64,000 nucleotides of DNA from Terriglobia bacterium (GTDB lineage: Bacteria; Acidobacteriota; Terriglobia; Terriglobales; Acidobacteriaceae), in the NCBI GenBank assembly GCA_020073465.1, contig JAIQFC010000007.1, positions 116,345 to 180,344 of the forward strand, read 5' to 3'. Under the pieces are notes generated by a model. The model saw only the letters and a program-made list of their open reading frames with translations. It was not told the origin of the DNA and searched no databases. The position numbers and the translations under genes were made by a program. Shown piece by piece: positions 18,366-27,230 of this stretch. The first letter of the stretch is position 1. Each line of letters starts with the position of its first letter.

Positions 18366-19217
18366 ATGAAGCTGGCGCTCCGTTCTGCTTTGTTTTGCCT
18401 CACCCTCCTCGTCTGCACCGTCAATGCTGTTCCGGCCATTGCACAGGAGGGCCCGCTTGAAAACACGCCTCCGAAAGACCTCACGCCGGAGGAAATCATC
18501 ACGCGGTTCGCGGCCAAAGAAAAAGAATTCAAGCAGGCTCGCGACCAGTACACCTACCGCCAGACCGTAACCGTGACCACTCCGGAGGACGACGGACAGT
18601 ACCACGAAGTGTTCGACGTCATCTTTGACGACAAGGGAAAGCGCATCGAGAACGTAGTGTTCGCTCCGCAGTCGAGCCTGTCCAAGATCTTCATGTCGCA
18701 GGAGGACTTTGAGGATATCCGGCACCGTCTGCCATTTGTGCTGACTACCGAGGAACTTCCCGAGTACGACTTGCTGTACGTCGGGCAGCAACAGGAAGAC
18801 GAACTGCACTGCTACGTGTTCGACATCGCGCCCAAAGCGATTCAAGGCAAGAAGCGCTACTTCCAGGGCCGGGTTTGGGTCGATGACAAGGATTTCCAGA
18901 TCGTCAAGACCTACGGCAAGACCGTCCCTGACATCCGCAAGAAAAAGGGCAATGAGGAGAACCTGTTCCCCAAGTTCACCACCTGGCGGCAGCAGATCGA
19001 TGGGCAATACTGGTTTCCGGTCTTCACCCGGGCGGATGATGAGTTGCACTTCAAGACCGGCGACGTGCATATCCGCGAGATCGTGAAGTATGAGGATTAC
19101 AAGCGTTTCGGATCGAACGTGAAGATTCTTTACGAAGGCAAGGAACTGCCGCAGGGCGAGAAGAAACCGGATCAGAAGAAGCCGGAGGAGAAGGATCCGA
19201 AGCCGCCGCAGAAATAG
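18366..19217 (+). CDS. Secreted hypothetical protein (possibly LolA/RseB-like fold) with K/P/E-rich tail
   Basis: I trimmed the track ORF (18141) to ATG 18366, which gives the signal peptide MKLALRSALFCLTLLVCTVNAVPAIAQE. The fold assignment is tentative. Confidence 0.65.
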   Translation: MKLALRSALFCLTLLVCTVNAVPAIAQEGPLENTPPKDLTPEEIITRFAAKEKEFKQARDQYTYRQTVTVTTPEDDGQYHEVFDVIFDDKGKRIENVVFAPQSSLSKIFMSQEDFEDIRHRLPFVLTTEELPEYDLLYVGQQQEDELHCYVFDIAPKAIQGKKRYFQGRVWVDDKDFQIVKTYGKTVPDIRKKKGNEENLFPKFTTWRQQIDGQYWFPVFTRADDELHFKTGDVHIREIVKYEDYKRFGSNVKILYEGKELPQGEKKPDQKKPEEKDPKPPQK

Positions 19218-19398
19218 CTCTCAGCCGTCAGCTATCGGCCAACCCTCAAGTCCTTTGGATGATCTACCGCCCTTTCGCCGTCATCCCGAGCGAAGCCGTT
19301 CTTCAGGCGGAGCGAGGGATCTCGCGCGTACCGCGTCAGGGCTGTCCACACGCAGTACAATTTGCGTTGCTTCTGGCTGAGAGCTGATGGCTGAGAGC
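19216..19398. repeat. Heptamer-word hairpin (TCAGCCG family) whose arms are split by about 130 nt
   Basis: Left arm agctctcagccgtcagctatcggcc (19216-19240); right arm ggctgagagctgatggctgagagct (19374-19398). The 18-nt core is complementary with 1 mismatch. Confidence 0.6.
19280..19327. repeat. REP/MITE-like element, GTCATCCCGAGCG...GAGGGATC variant, nested in the loop of the 19216-19398 hairpin
   Basis: gtcatcccgagcgaagccgttcttcaggcggagcgagggatctcgcg. Confidence 0.6.
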
Positions 19399-19405
19399 TC
19401 ACGGC

Positions 19406-20011
19406 TCAATAAAACAGATATTTCCGCCACTTATCGTCCGACCTTCCCATCAGCCGCATGATGTGGCGGCTGGTGTGCAGGTTGAACGCGCGGGGCTCGC
19501 GCAGCAGCTTCATGCTGGCTTCGGCGGCGAACTGGTTGCCCTTGCGGCGGTTGCAGGGGTGGCAGCATGCGACGAGGTTTTCCCAGGTCGAAGAGCCTCC
19601 ACGCGAGCGCGGGATGACGTGGTCGAGGGTCAACTCGCTCGAGGACAGGACCTCTCCGCAATACTGGCAGGTGTTGCGATCCCGCAGCAGGATGTTCTTG
19701 CGCGACAGAGCGCGGCTCTGGTGCGGAATGCGCCGGTACTCGAGCAACCGGATCACCGAGGGCACGCGGATCGCGAGGCGCGCGGCGTGCAGAAAATGTC
19801 CGTTTTCTTCCTCGGTCATGGCCACACCCTTCAGCACCAGCACGAGAGCGCGGCGCGCGGCGCACACATTGATGGGCTCGTAGGATGCGTTCAGCACCAG
19901 CACGGGAGCATGCAGAGCATGGCCGTCGCCGTCACGGTGTACGGCGGCAGGCGGAAACAGGCCGGGGTGGCGGCCAGTTGCCCGTGCTTCGTATTCGGCC
20001 CGGTGTGGCAT
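19406..20011 (-). CDS. HNH endonuclease family protein
   Basis: [45 protein letters not shown]. Confidence 0.88.
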   Translation of the reverse strand: MPHRAEYEARATGRHPGLFPPAAVHRDGDGHALHAPVLVLNASYEPINVCAARRALVLVLKGVAMTEEENGHFLHAARLAIRVPSVIRLLEYRRIPHQSRALSRKNILLRDRNTCQYCGEVLSSSELTLDHVIPRSRGGSSTWENLVACCHPCNRRKGNQFAAEASMKLLREPRAFNLHTSRHIMRLMGRSDDKWRKYLFY

Positions 20012-20044
20012 TCGCTTGTTCTCGAAACTCCCGTGTCCCAGGGG

Positions 20045-21031
20045 CTAGCCGCCGGCAGCTCTGGCCAGCGTAACCTCTTGTGCTTCCCCGGACTCCTCAG
20101 ACGCTGGAGCACCAGGTGATTTCATCTCAGCATATTGAGATGCCATTTTCAGCGTACGCGCCACTGTGGCCACTCGGACGCGGTTCGCTCCCGCCCGGCG
20201 CAGGACCCGGGCGCATTCCGATACAGTCGTGCCCGTGGTATACACATCATCCACGAGAAGCACGTCCCTGCCGTTGACTTCCTCGGTGCGTGTGACAGCG
20301 AAAGCGCCCCGCATGTTCTCGCGGCGCTGGTGACTGGTGAGCCCAATCTGCGATCTGGTGTCACGCTGCCGCTGCAAGACGCTGTCGGCCAGGCAAAAAC
20401 GCTCTCGGGAAATACATTTCAATGCGGCGCGGGCAATGAGTTCAGCCTGGTTGAACCCACGTTGACGGAGCTTCGTCTTGTGCAACGGCACCGGAATCAC
20501 CACGATCCGATCTCCTCCGCTGCCTTCTGGTGCAAGCCGAACCGGTTCCAAACGTGAGATCGCCTCGGCCAGCATTCGTCCAAGAACGTTCGCCGCCGGG
20601 CGTACCCCGTAGTACTTCAGCAGGTGAATCAGTTCTCGCAAGCCGCTATCGTAACTTCCGTAGGCCGCTGCGGTCGCAAACGGAGGCTGCATGCGGCGGC
20701 AGATGGGACACACCAACGGGTCATTATCGGCGCCCACCGCGTACGGCGAGAGCACTCGCTCCCCGCAGACCGTGCACAGCCTGCCGCCCACCGGAACCAT
20801 GTGCTCAAGGCATGCATCGCATACCGGAAGGCGGGAAATCCTGGCCAGCGGCGCGCCGCAGATGCGGCAATCGGAGGGAAACAGGACTGCGAAGACACTT
20901 TCAGAAGCTCGTCTTATCCAAGCAGAAGTAAGCAGCGGAACAACAGAGGCCCCTGCTAATTCCACACTGGCCTGGCTAGCCCGGATTCGGTCCTCACTAC
21001 TGCTGAAGACAGCCTCCCTGTGCCCGTACAC
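20045..21031 (-). CDS. comF: ComF family protein (phosphoribosyltransferase domain with N-terminal Cys-rich zinc-finger region)
   Basis: LFPSDCRICGAPL...CDAC...C..C, and the PRTase motif LLVDDVYTTGTTVSECARVL. The start is uncertain. Confidence 0.85.
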   Translation of the reverse strand: MYGHREAVFSSSEDRIRASQASVELAGASVVPLLTSAWIRRASESVFAVLFPSDCRICGAPLARISRLPVCDACLEHMVPVGGRLCTVCGERVLSPYAVGADNDPLVCPICRRMQPPFATAAAYGSYDSGLRELIHLLKYYGVRPAANVLGRMLAEAISRLEPVRLAPEGSGGDRIVVIPVPLHKTKLRQRGFNQAELIARAALKCISRERFCLADSVLQRQRDTRSQIGLTSHQRRENMRGAFAVTRTEEVNGRDVLLVDDVYTTGTTVSECARVLRRAGANRVRVATVARTLKMASQYAEMKSPGAPASEESGEAQEVTLARAAGG

Positions 21032-21108
21032 TTGCTGCGGGCTTGCTTCAGCGAGGCTCGCTTCCTTCCCTCGCCGTTATGTTCGCAGTATAGCGGCGTT
21101 GCCCGCTG

Positions 21109-21384
21109 CTAGGCAACGTTACGCTTGGTGGCGGCAGCGGGCTGCTTGGCCACCGGAATCAAGCCGCTGACGTCCGAGAGGCGATCTTTCACCGGCGTGA
21201 AGACCAGCCGGTAGTCCCGCCGAAAGCATTCCCCGCAGCGCACCGGCTGAAGAAGAAAAATCGGCAGTATAAACCGCTCCAACAGCGTCCGGCGGCGGGA
21301 CCGGAATCCTACCTTGCTGCCGCACTCGGGGCAATGGAATTCAGCCAACTCGCGGAACCATGGACGGGGGGAGTCTTTACTCAC
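21109..21384 (-). CDS. Small zinc-ribbon hypothetical protein
   Basis: CPECGSKV...VRCGECF gives two CxxC pairs. Same strand as comF/HNH and upstream of them. Confidence 0.5.
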   Translation of the reverse strand: MSKDSPRPWFRELAEFHCPECGSKVGFRSRRRTLLERFILPIFLLQPVRCGECFRRDYRLVFTPVKDRLSDVSGLIPVAKQPAAATKRNVA

Positions 21385-21656
21385 ACGGCACCTCGAAATG
21401 ATGAACTACGAAGGGCGAGAACAACCAAGTGAGCCCCATTTTACTCCTCAGGAAGCAACAAGCCAATCCTCTGAGATGTCAGCAAACGCAAGGTGCGCCG
21501 TTTCGGGACCGCCCGGGACCTCGCCGTCGTGCATAGGGCGCGCATCATACTCCTTGTGTTGCATGCTTCCCGCATGCTAAGGTGCGCCGTTCCAATGTTT
21601 CGAACAAGTTACACGTCGAAGTTGCTTCCAACCTACCCCTCACGAGGAATCCAGTC

Positions 21657-23741
21657 ATGAGTACTCCAGCAACTGCAGACCCCAAAGCCGGCCAGAAGAA
21701 GTACGCGCCCTACGTTCCCGAAACCATGGAGATGAAGGAGTTCACCTTCCGCGCCGTGCTGATCGGGTTGTTCCTGACGGCCCTGCTGGGTTCCGCTAAC
21801 GCCTACCTCGGCCTCAAGGCGGGCATGACGATCGCGGCGACTTATCCGGCGGCAGTCATTGGCATGGCTCTACTGCGGCTGATGAAAGGATCACTGCTGG
21901 AAGAGAACATCGCCCGAACCGTGGGATCGATTGGCGAGTCGGTGGCAGCAGGGGCAGTGTTCACGATTCCAGCGTTTGTCATGGCGGGATTGTGGCAGGG
22001 ACTCAACAAGGACCAGTACTGGAAGTCGGTCGCGCTGATGATGATTGGCGGCACCCTGGGGATCTTGTTCGTAACTCTGCTGCGACGAGTCATGGTGGAA
22101 GATCCCGACCTTCCCTACCCCGAGTCCGTGGCCGCCTCCGAGATTCACAAGGCGGGACAGCAAGGAGCGAGGGCCGCGAAGATTCTGTTCGCCAACATGG
22201 GCTTTGGCGCTTTCATGTTTCTGTTGGGGGCGGTGAACCTGTTCGGTCCGAGCAATACGTTTCACGTGAAGATCAGCGAGTTAGGAAAGAAACTGCTGCT
22301 CCGAACGGGCACAAGCCCCAATGTCGCGACGACAGTGACCGGCGGTGCAACCCTTTTCAATGCACCCGACATCAGCCCAGCCTATCTCGGCGTGGGCTAC
22401 ATCATTGGGCCACGCCTAGCGTCGCTGAACTTTGCCGGCGGAGTCCTGGCCTGGGGTCTGCTGGTTCCGCTTCTAACATTCACGATTGGCCCGTACATTC
22501 AGGCCGCGCAGCCGGCGGGCCAAAGCATCGCCTGGGATTTGCTAGCCGGGGCGATCTATTACTCGATCGTTCGACCGATTGCCGTTGGTGGAATGCTGGT
22601 GGGAGCGTCTTATACGTTGTTCAAGATGCGCAAGCAGCTCGCGGTTGGCATGGGACGAGCGATTTCGGACCTGAAAAAATCGGCCTCCGTGCACGCCGCC
22701 ACCAATCGCACCGAGCGTGATCTCAGTTCCAAAGTGGTCTTCGCTGGCGTCGCGCTGGTCTTCGTGGCCATGTTCTTCCTCTACCACTACTTCATCAGTG
22801 GTGCGGGGGCGCTTTCCGGTTCCAAGGTGTTGTCAGGCTCGCTAGTCGCCGCGGGCATCATGATCATCGTAGGATTTTTCTTTGCAGCCGTGTCTGGAAA
22901 CCTCGTCGGAATGATCGGCTCCTCGAACAATCCTGTATCGGGACTCACGCTTTGCACGCTGGTGATTGCGGCTCTGCTGATGGTCGCTCTGGGAGTTTCC
23001 GGCGCGGGTGGCGTTGCAGCCGTGCTCGGTGTGGCGGCAGTGGTTTGTGTTTCGTCAGCCGTGGCCGGTGAGATGTTGCAGGATCTGAAGGTCGGACACA
23101 TTCTCGGCGGTACGCCGGCCAAAATGCAGATCGGCGACCTGCTCGGGATCGTGGTGGCATCCTTGGTTCTCTTTTTCCCACTTGCCGCGCTGGATAGGGT
23201 CTATCACTTCGGTACGCCCGAGCTTCCTGCGCCCCAGGCCGGCCTTATGGCGATGCTATCCAAGGGCATCGTAGGCGGGGACATGGCGTGGCCCCTGGTG
23301 GTGGTCGGCGTGCTGTTGGGCATCGCCATGATCATGATCGAAGTGAAGAGCGTAATGCTGTTTTCGGTGGGAATGTATTTGCCGCTGGGGACGACATTCG
23401 CGATCTTTGTGGGCGGCGTGATCCGCTGGTTGACGGATCGTCTGCGCGACAAGCGCCAGCTCAATGATGCGCAAAAGGCGCGCGTAGACAATGCAGGAAT
23501 ATTGACGGCGTCGGGCCTGATTGCCGGGGAAGCGCTTTGCGGCATTGCCATTGCCGCCATTATTGCGCGCAGGCTTGCGCACGATCCTCACGCCGACACC
23601 AGGCTGTACCACCTTGCAATCGGAGACTCCCCACTAACCAGCCTCGTTGCTTTGGGCGTGCTTGTGGCTGTCATGATCCTGGTCCCACTGGCGAACGCGG
23701 GACGGCCGGAGGATCCGGCGCCGCCGACCGCGATCATGTAG
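21657..23741 (+). CDS. OPT family oligopeptide transporter
   Basis: About 694 aa polytopic protein with typical OPT N-terminus YVPETMEMKEFTFRAVLIGLFLTALLGSANAYLGLKAGMT. I trimmed to ATG 21657, which is preceded by GAGGA. Confidence 0.9.
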   Translation: MSTPATADPKAGQKKYAPYVPETMEMKEFTFRAVLIGLFLTALLGSANAYLGLKAGMTIAATYPAAVIGMALLRLMKGSLLEENIARTVGSIGESVAAGAVFTIPAFVMAGLWQGLNKDQYWKSVALMMIGGTLGILFVTLLRRVMVEDPDLPYPESVAASEIHKAGQQGARAAKILFANMGFGAFMFLLGAVNLFGPSNTFHVKISELGKKLLLRTGTSPNVATTVTGGATLFNAPDISPAYLGVGYIIGPRLASLNFAGGVLAWGLLVPLLTFTIGPYIQAAQPAGQSIAWDLLAGAIYYSIVRPIAVGGMLVGASYTLFKMRKQLAVGMGRAISDLKKSASVHAATNRTERDLSSKVVFAGVALVFVAMFFLYHYFISGAGALSGSKVLSGSLVAAGIMIIVGFFFAAVSGNLVGMIGSSNNPVSGLTLCTLVIAALLMVALGVSGAGGVAAVLGVAAVVCVSSAVAGEMLQDLKVGHILGGTPAKMQIGDLLGIVVASLVLFFPLAALDRVYHFGTPELPAPQAGLMAMLSKGIVGGDMAWPLVVVGVLLGIAMIMIEVKSVMLFSVGMYLPLGTTFAIFVGGVIRWLTDRLRDKRQLNDAQKARVDNAGILTASGLIAGEALCGIAIAAIIARRLAHDPHADTRLYHLAIGDSPLTSLVALGVLVAVMILVPLANAGRPEDPAPPTAIM

Positions 23742-23744
23742 CTT

Positions 23745-23772
23745 GTGTGGCGCGGGCGCCCCCGCCCGCGTT
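23745..23772. repeat. GC-rich dispersed motif (reverse orientation copy of 25275-25326)
   Basis: gtgtggcgcgggcgcccccgcccgcgtt is the reverse complement of aacgcgggcgggggcgcccgcgccacac. Confidence 0.55.
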
Positions 23773-23793
23773 GGTGGCGGAGTTATTGTTGCA

Positions 23794-23860
23794 CCAGGAA
23801 GGGCACGAGGACCACGAAGGAATTCCGGATTCCCTTTGTGCACCTTCGTGCCCTTTGTGG
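23794..23860. repeat. Imperfect hairpin built from CACGAAGG-type words
   Basis: ccaggaagggcacgaggaccacgaaggaattccggattccctttgtgcaccttcgtgccctttgtgg. Confidence 0.5.
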
Positions 23861-23872
23861 TTTAGCGCTCTT

Positions 23873-24577
23873 ATGTCGATTTCTGAAAATATTGCCGAGG
23901 TGCGCGAACGCCTGACGGCGGCCGCCCGTCGTGCAACCCGTTCGCCGGAAGACATAGCGCTGATGGCGGTCAGCAAAACTTTCCCGCCAGAGCGCATTCG
24001 CGAAGCTTACGATGCGGGGTTGCGGCTGTTCGGCGAAAATCGGGTGCAGGAGTTTGCTGGAAAGGCCGCAGTGCTTGCAGATCTGCTCGACGCCGAGTGG
24101 CACATGATCGGCCACTTGCAGACGAATAAAGCCGGCAGAGCTGCCGAGTTGTTTGGCGCTGTGGATTCGGTCGATTCGTTGAAGCTGGCAGAAAAGTTGG
24201 ACGCGGCCGCACGAGCGCTGGGCAAGAAGTTAAGCGTGCTGATCGAGGTGAACGTGGGTGGTGAGGCAGCGAAGAGCGGCGTGTCTCCAGATTTACCCGA
24301 ACTGGAAAACCTGCTGCTCGCTGCACCGCGGCTGGAGAGATTGGCGTTCCGTGGACTGATGGCCGTGCCGCCATTTACGGACGATCCCGAGGCAGCGCGG
24401 CCGTTTTTCCGCAGGCTCCGCGAGTTGCGCGATACCATTGCGGCACGAACGCTGCCGGGCGTTAGCATGGATGTGCTTTCCATGGGAATGTCACATGACT
24501 TCGAGGTCGCGATCGAGGAAGGCTCGTCCTGTGTGCGCGTGGGCACGGCGATTTTTGGGGAGAGAGCAAAGACTTAA
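23873..24577 (+). CDS. yggS: YggS family pyridoxal-phosphate homeostasis protein
   Basis: I trimmed the track ORF (23537) to ATG 23873: MSISENIAEVRERL...LMAVSKTFP...FGENRVQE...GHLQTNK...LSMGMSHDFEVAIEEGS..VRVGTAIFG. Confidence 0.92.
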   Translation: MSISENIAEVRERLTAAARRATRSPEDIALMAVSKTFPPERIREAYDAGLRLFGENRVQEFAGKAAVLADLLDAEWHMIGHLQTNKAGRAAELFGAVDSVDSLKLAEKLDAAARALGKKLSVLIEVNVGGEAAKSGVSPDLPELENLLLAAPRLERLAFRGLMAVPPFTDDPEAARPFFRRLRELRDTIAARTLPGVSMDVLSMGMSHDFEVAIEEGSSCVRVGTAIFGERAKT

Positions 24578-24610
24578 TCACTGAGAACACAGAAGTCACG
24601 GAGGAACACC

Positions 24611-24949
24611 ATGAAAATCCTCGACCGGCTGTGCGCAGGAACTCTTTTTGTTCTCGCCGTCGTTGAGTGCCTGCTGGTGCCAAAGGCCTATACCGGCAGG
24701 ATCTGGATTCTCGGAACGGACCTGGCCCTGCTTTTTGCCGCCATGCTCAACGTGCTGCGCATCCGCAATGGCTACATCATGCAAGGCCTGAAGATGTTTT
24801 GCATTGCAGGCAACGTGACTATGCTGGTGTTTGCCATCGCGCTGATGGCGAGCATCGGACAATTGACCACACTGCGCAACCCTCAGCTCCTGCTGGTCGC
24901 GGGGTTGCTGCTGGTGGAAACCGTGTTTTCTCTGGGCAAGAATGCGTGA
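24611..24949 (+). CDS. Small membrane protein (3-4 TM helices), hypothetical
   Basis: It occupies the slot where yggT often sits between yggS and a DUF167 gene, but I do not recognise a YGGT motif. Confidence 0.55.
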   Translation: MKILDRLCAGTLFVLAVVECLLVPKAYTGRIWILGTDLALLFAAMLNVLRIRNGYIMQGLKMFCIAGNVTMLVFAIALMASIGQLTTLRNPQLLLVAGLLLVETVFSLGKNA

Positions 24950-24987
24950 GGGCTCTGTCCTGATTTTCCTGTACGCTGCTGATCCCG

Positions 24988-25275
24988 ATGATTCCGATCC
25001 GGAACACTGCTGTCGGCGCAAGCTTTGCGGTGAAGATTCATCCCCGCGCCAGGAAGACCGCCGTCACCGGCGAGATTGGAGATGCCCTGAAGGTCTCTCT
25101 GACTGCTCCTCCCTTGGAGGGACGGGCGAATGACGCCTGCATCGAGTTCTTCGCAAAACTTTTGAAGGTTCCACGCTCTTCCATTACCATTGCCTCCGGC
25201 CAGACCAGCCGAAACAAAGTAATCGCTGTGGCTGGGCTGTCGGCTAACGCAGTTAGAGAGCGCCTCGGGATCTAA
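24988..25275 (+). CDS. DUF167 (YggU) family protein
   Basis: FAVKIHPRARKTAVTGEIGDALKVSLTAPPLEGRANDACIEFFAKLLKVPRSSITIASGQTSRNKVI. Confidence 0.88.
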   Translation: MIPIRNTAVGASFAVKIHPRARKTAVTGEIGDALKVSLTAPPLEGRANDACIEFFAKLLKVPRSSITIASGQTSRNKVIAVAGLSANAVRERLGI

Positions 25276-25326
25276 ACGCGGGCGGGGGCCCCTTCGACTC
25301 TCGCTCAGGGCAGGCCCGCGCCACAC
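25275..25326. repeat. GC-rich dispersed motif with a 26-nt internal insertion relative to 23745-23772
   Basis: aacgcgggcggggg[ccccttcgactctcgctcagggcagg]cccgcgccacac. Confidence 0.55.
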
Positions 25327-25345
25327 GAAATATCAGGAGCCACTT

Positions 25346-26764
25346 TTGAGCTTCGCTGAACGTTTGTACGAGATTCGTATTGGATTCGAACGCCCTTTTT
25401 GGGTCGCCAACATCAGCGAGATATTTGAGCGCCTCTCCTACTACGGGGCTTTTGCTTCCCTCGCCCTGTACTTGCAGGAGCGGCTGAACTTTTCCACCGA
25501 GCAGACCGGAACCCTGACCGGGATATTCGGCGGTATGGTGTGGTTTCTCGCCATCTTCGGAGGCGCAGCCGCCGACCGGCTCGGCTTCCGCCGCGCCCTT
25601 TCCCTCGCCTACCTCATCCTGTCGGTTGCCTATTTTCTGATCGGCTCGATCGGGGCGCCATGGCTGGCACCAGTACGCAATGCCGTGCCACTGGGCTTGT
25701 TCGTCGGGTTCATTCTCATCCTTCCCGCGCTGGGTGTTTCCCTGGTCAAGCCATGCGTGGTCGGAACCACTGCCCGCGCCTCCAAGGAGAATGTCCGCTC
25801 GATCGGCTATTCGATTTACTACACCATGGTCAACATCGGCGGCGCGATGGGGCCCTACTGTGCATCCTGGGCGCATCGTCACCTGGGCGTGGAGAATGTT
25901 TACCGGGTTGCAGCGCTCAGCGTCTTCGCGATGTTCTTTGTCGTCCTGTTCTTCTTCCGGGAACCGCGCAAGGCCGGCGACGCGCCTCCACCTTCCATCG
26001 CAACTGTGGCGCGGAATTTCTGCGTGGTGGTGGGGAATTACAGGCTAGTTCTTCCTGTGATGGCGCTCGCCTTGCTGCTGCGCGTCGCTATGTTTATCTA
26101 CTCGTTCACCGTGCCATGGTGGATTTGGGTGGGGCTGCTTGCGCTCGTGCTGGCCGGGATCAGCCGGTTCATGTGGTTTCTCGTCATCTTTACCGGTTAT
26201 TGGGTGGTGTTCTGGCAGCAGTACATCAGTCTGCCCGGCTATATTCACGGGTATATCAATGCCAAGGCTGACGTTGAATTCATTCTGGTGACCGATGGAG
26301 TGACCGTAATCTGCCTCACCCTCCTGGTGAACTTCCTGATACGCAAGATTCCAGCTTTTCAGGCTGTTATCTTGGGCACGCTGATCACGTCCGTCTCCTG
26401 GCTGATCCTCGCCTTCCGGCCAACGGTCTGGGGAGCGGTGCTCTCCCTGTTTGTGCTGGCGCTCGGCGAGATCACGCAGCAGCCGCGCTACTACGAATAT
26501 ATCTCCAAGCTGGCACCTCCGGGACAGCAGGGCACGTACATGGGCTTCGCGTTTCTGCCCATCGGAATCGGCTCGCTGATCGGTGGCTGGTTTGGCGGAA
26601 CGCTCATCCATCATTTCGGAGAAGTCGCGCGCCAGCCGGGACGGATGTGGTGGGTTGTGACTGCCGTCGGCCTAGCCACAACTGTGCTGCTGTGGATTTA
26701 TGACAGGTACGCGCGGGTCCCTTCCGACGATTCGGCCAGTTCGCGCCCGACAGCGCCCGCTTGA
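25346..26764 (+). CDS. POT/PTR-family (MFS) di/tripeptide:proton symporter
   Basis: PTR2 signature SEIFERLSYYG (ExxERFxYY-type), 12-14 TM helices. TTG start. Confidence 0.88.
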   Translation: MSFAERLYEIRIGFERPFWVANISEIFERLSYYGAFASLALYLQERLNFSTEQTGTLTGIFGGMVWFLAIFGGAAADRLGFRRALSLAYLILSVAYFLIGSIGAPWLAPVRNAVPLGLFVGFILILPALGVSLVKPCVVGTTARASKENVRSIGYSIYYTMVNIGGAMGPYCASWAHRHLGVENVYRVAALSVFAMFFVVLFFFREPRKAGDAPPPSIATVARNFCVVVGNYRLVLPVMALALLLRVAMFIYSFTVPWWIWVGLLALVLAGISRFMWFLVIFTGYWVVFWQQYISLPGYIHGYINAKADVEFILVTDGVTVICLTLLVNFLIRKIPAFQAVILGTLITSVSWLILAFRPTVWGAVLSLFVLALGEITQQPRYYEYISKLAPPGQQGTYMGFAFLPIGIGSLIGGWFGGTLIHHFGEVARQPGRMWWVVTAVGLATTVLLWIYDRYARVPSDDSASSRPTAPA

Positions 26765-26823
26765 CTTCGGCTTGGGCCTCTGGAATGATTCGCCCCCAGC
26801 AAGCGAATCGAAAAGGAGGTTCT

Positions 26824-27165
26824 ATGCCACATTACCTGCATCAGGTCGCGTATTCCGCCGAAGGCTGGGCAGCTCTGCTGGCGAATCCGCAGAACCGCAT
26901 TGAAGCCGTACGGCCGGCCATCGAGAAACTGGGAGGCAAGATCGAAGCTGCCTGGTTCTCCTTCGGAGACTACGACGTCGTCGTGATTGCGGAACTCCCC
27001 GACAACGTAAGCGCTGCGGCCATCGCCATGGCGTTTGCGGGAGGCGGGGCCTGCAAGTCAGTTCAGACCACGCCTCTGATTTCCCCGGAAGAAGCGCTGC
27101 AGGCGTTGAGAAAGGCGGGGGAATGCGGGTATCGGCCTGTGTCGGCTCCGGCTCGCGCTGCATAG
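26824..27165 (+). CDS. GYD domain protein
   Basis: I trimmed to ATG 26824, preceded by AAGGAGG: MPHYLHQVAYSAEGWAALL...AWFSFGDYDVVVIAELPD. Confidence 0.85.
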   Translation: MPHYLHQVAYSAEGWAALLANPQNRIEAVRPAIEKLGGKIEAAWFSFGDYDVVVIAELPDNVSAAAIAMAFAGGGACKSVQTTPLISPEEALQALRKAGECGYRPVSAPARAA

Positions 27166-27186
27166 ACGTTGGCAAAAAACAATCAG

Positions 27187-27213
27187 AGGCGGCCTTTTGA
27201 GGCCGCCTTTGTT
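27187..27213 (+). terminator. Rho-independent terminator after the GYD gene
   Basis: aGGCGGCC ttttga GGCCGCCt followed by ttgtt. The A-run upstream would allow bidirectional function. Confidence 0.7.
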
Positions 27214-27230
27214 GATGGCCCGATTTCCGA

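Noticed and set aside
18327-19070. 247-aa minus-strand ORF
   Set aside because: It is an antisense shadow of the secreted protein gene 18366-19217.
23537-23872. N-terminal 112-codon extension of the yggS ORF
   Set aside because: It overlaps the OPT transporter 3' end and runs through two repeat elements. YggS homology begins at ATG 23873.
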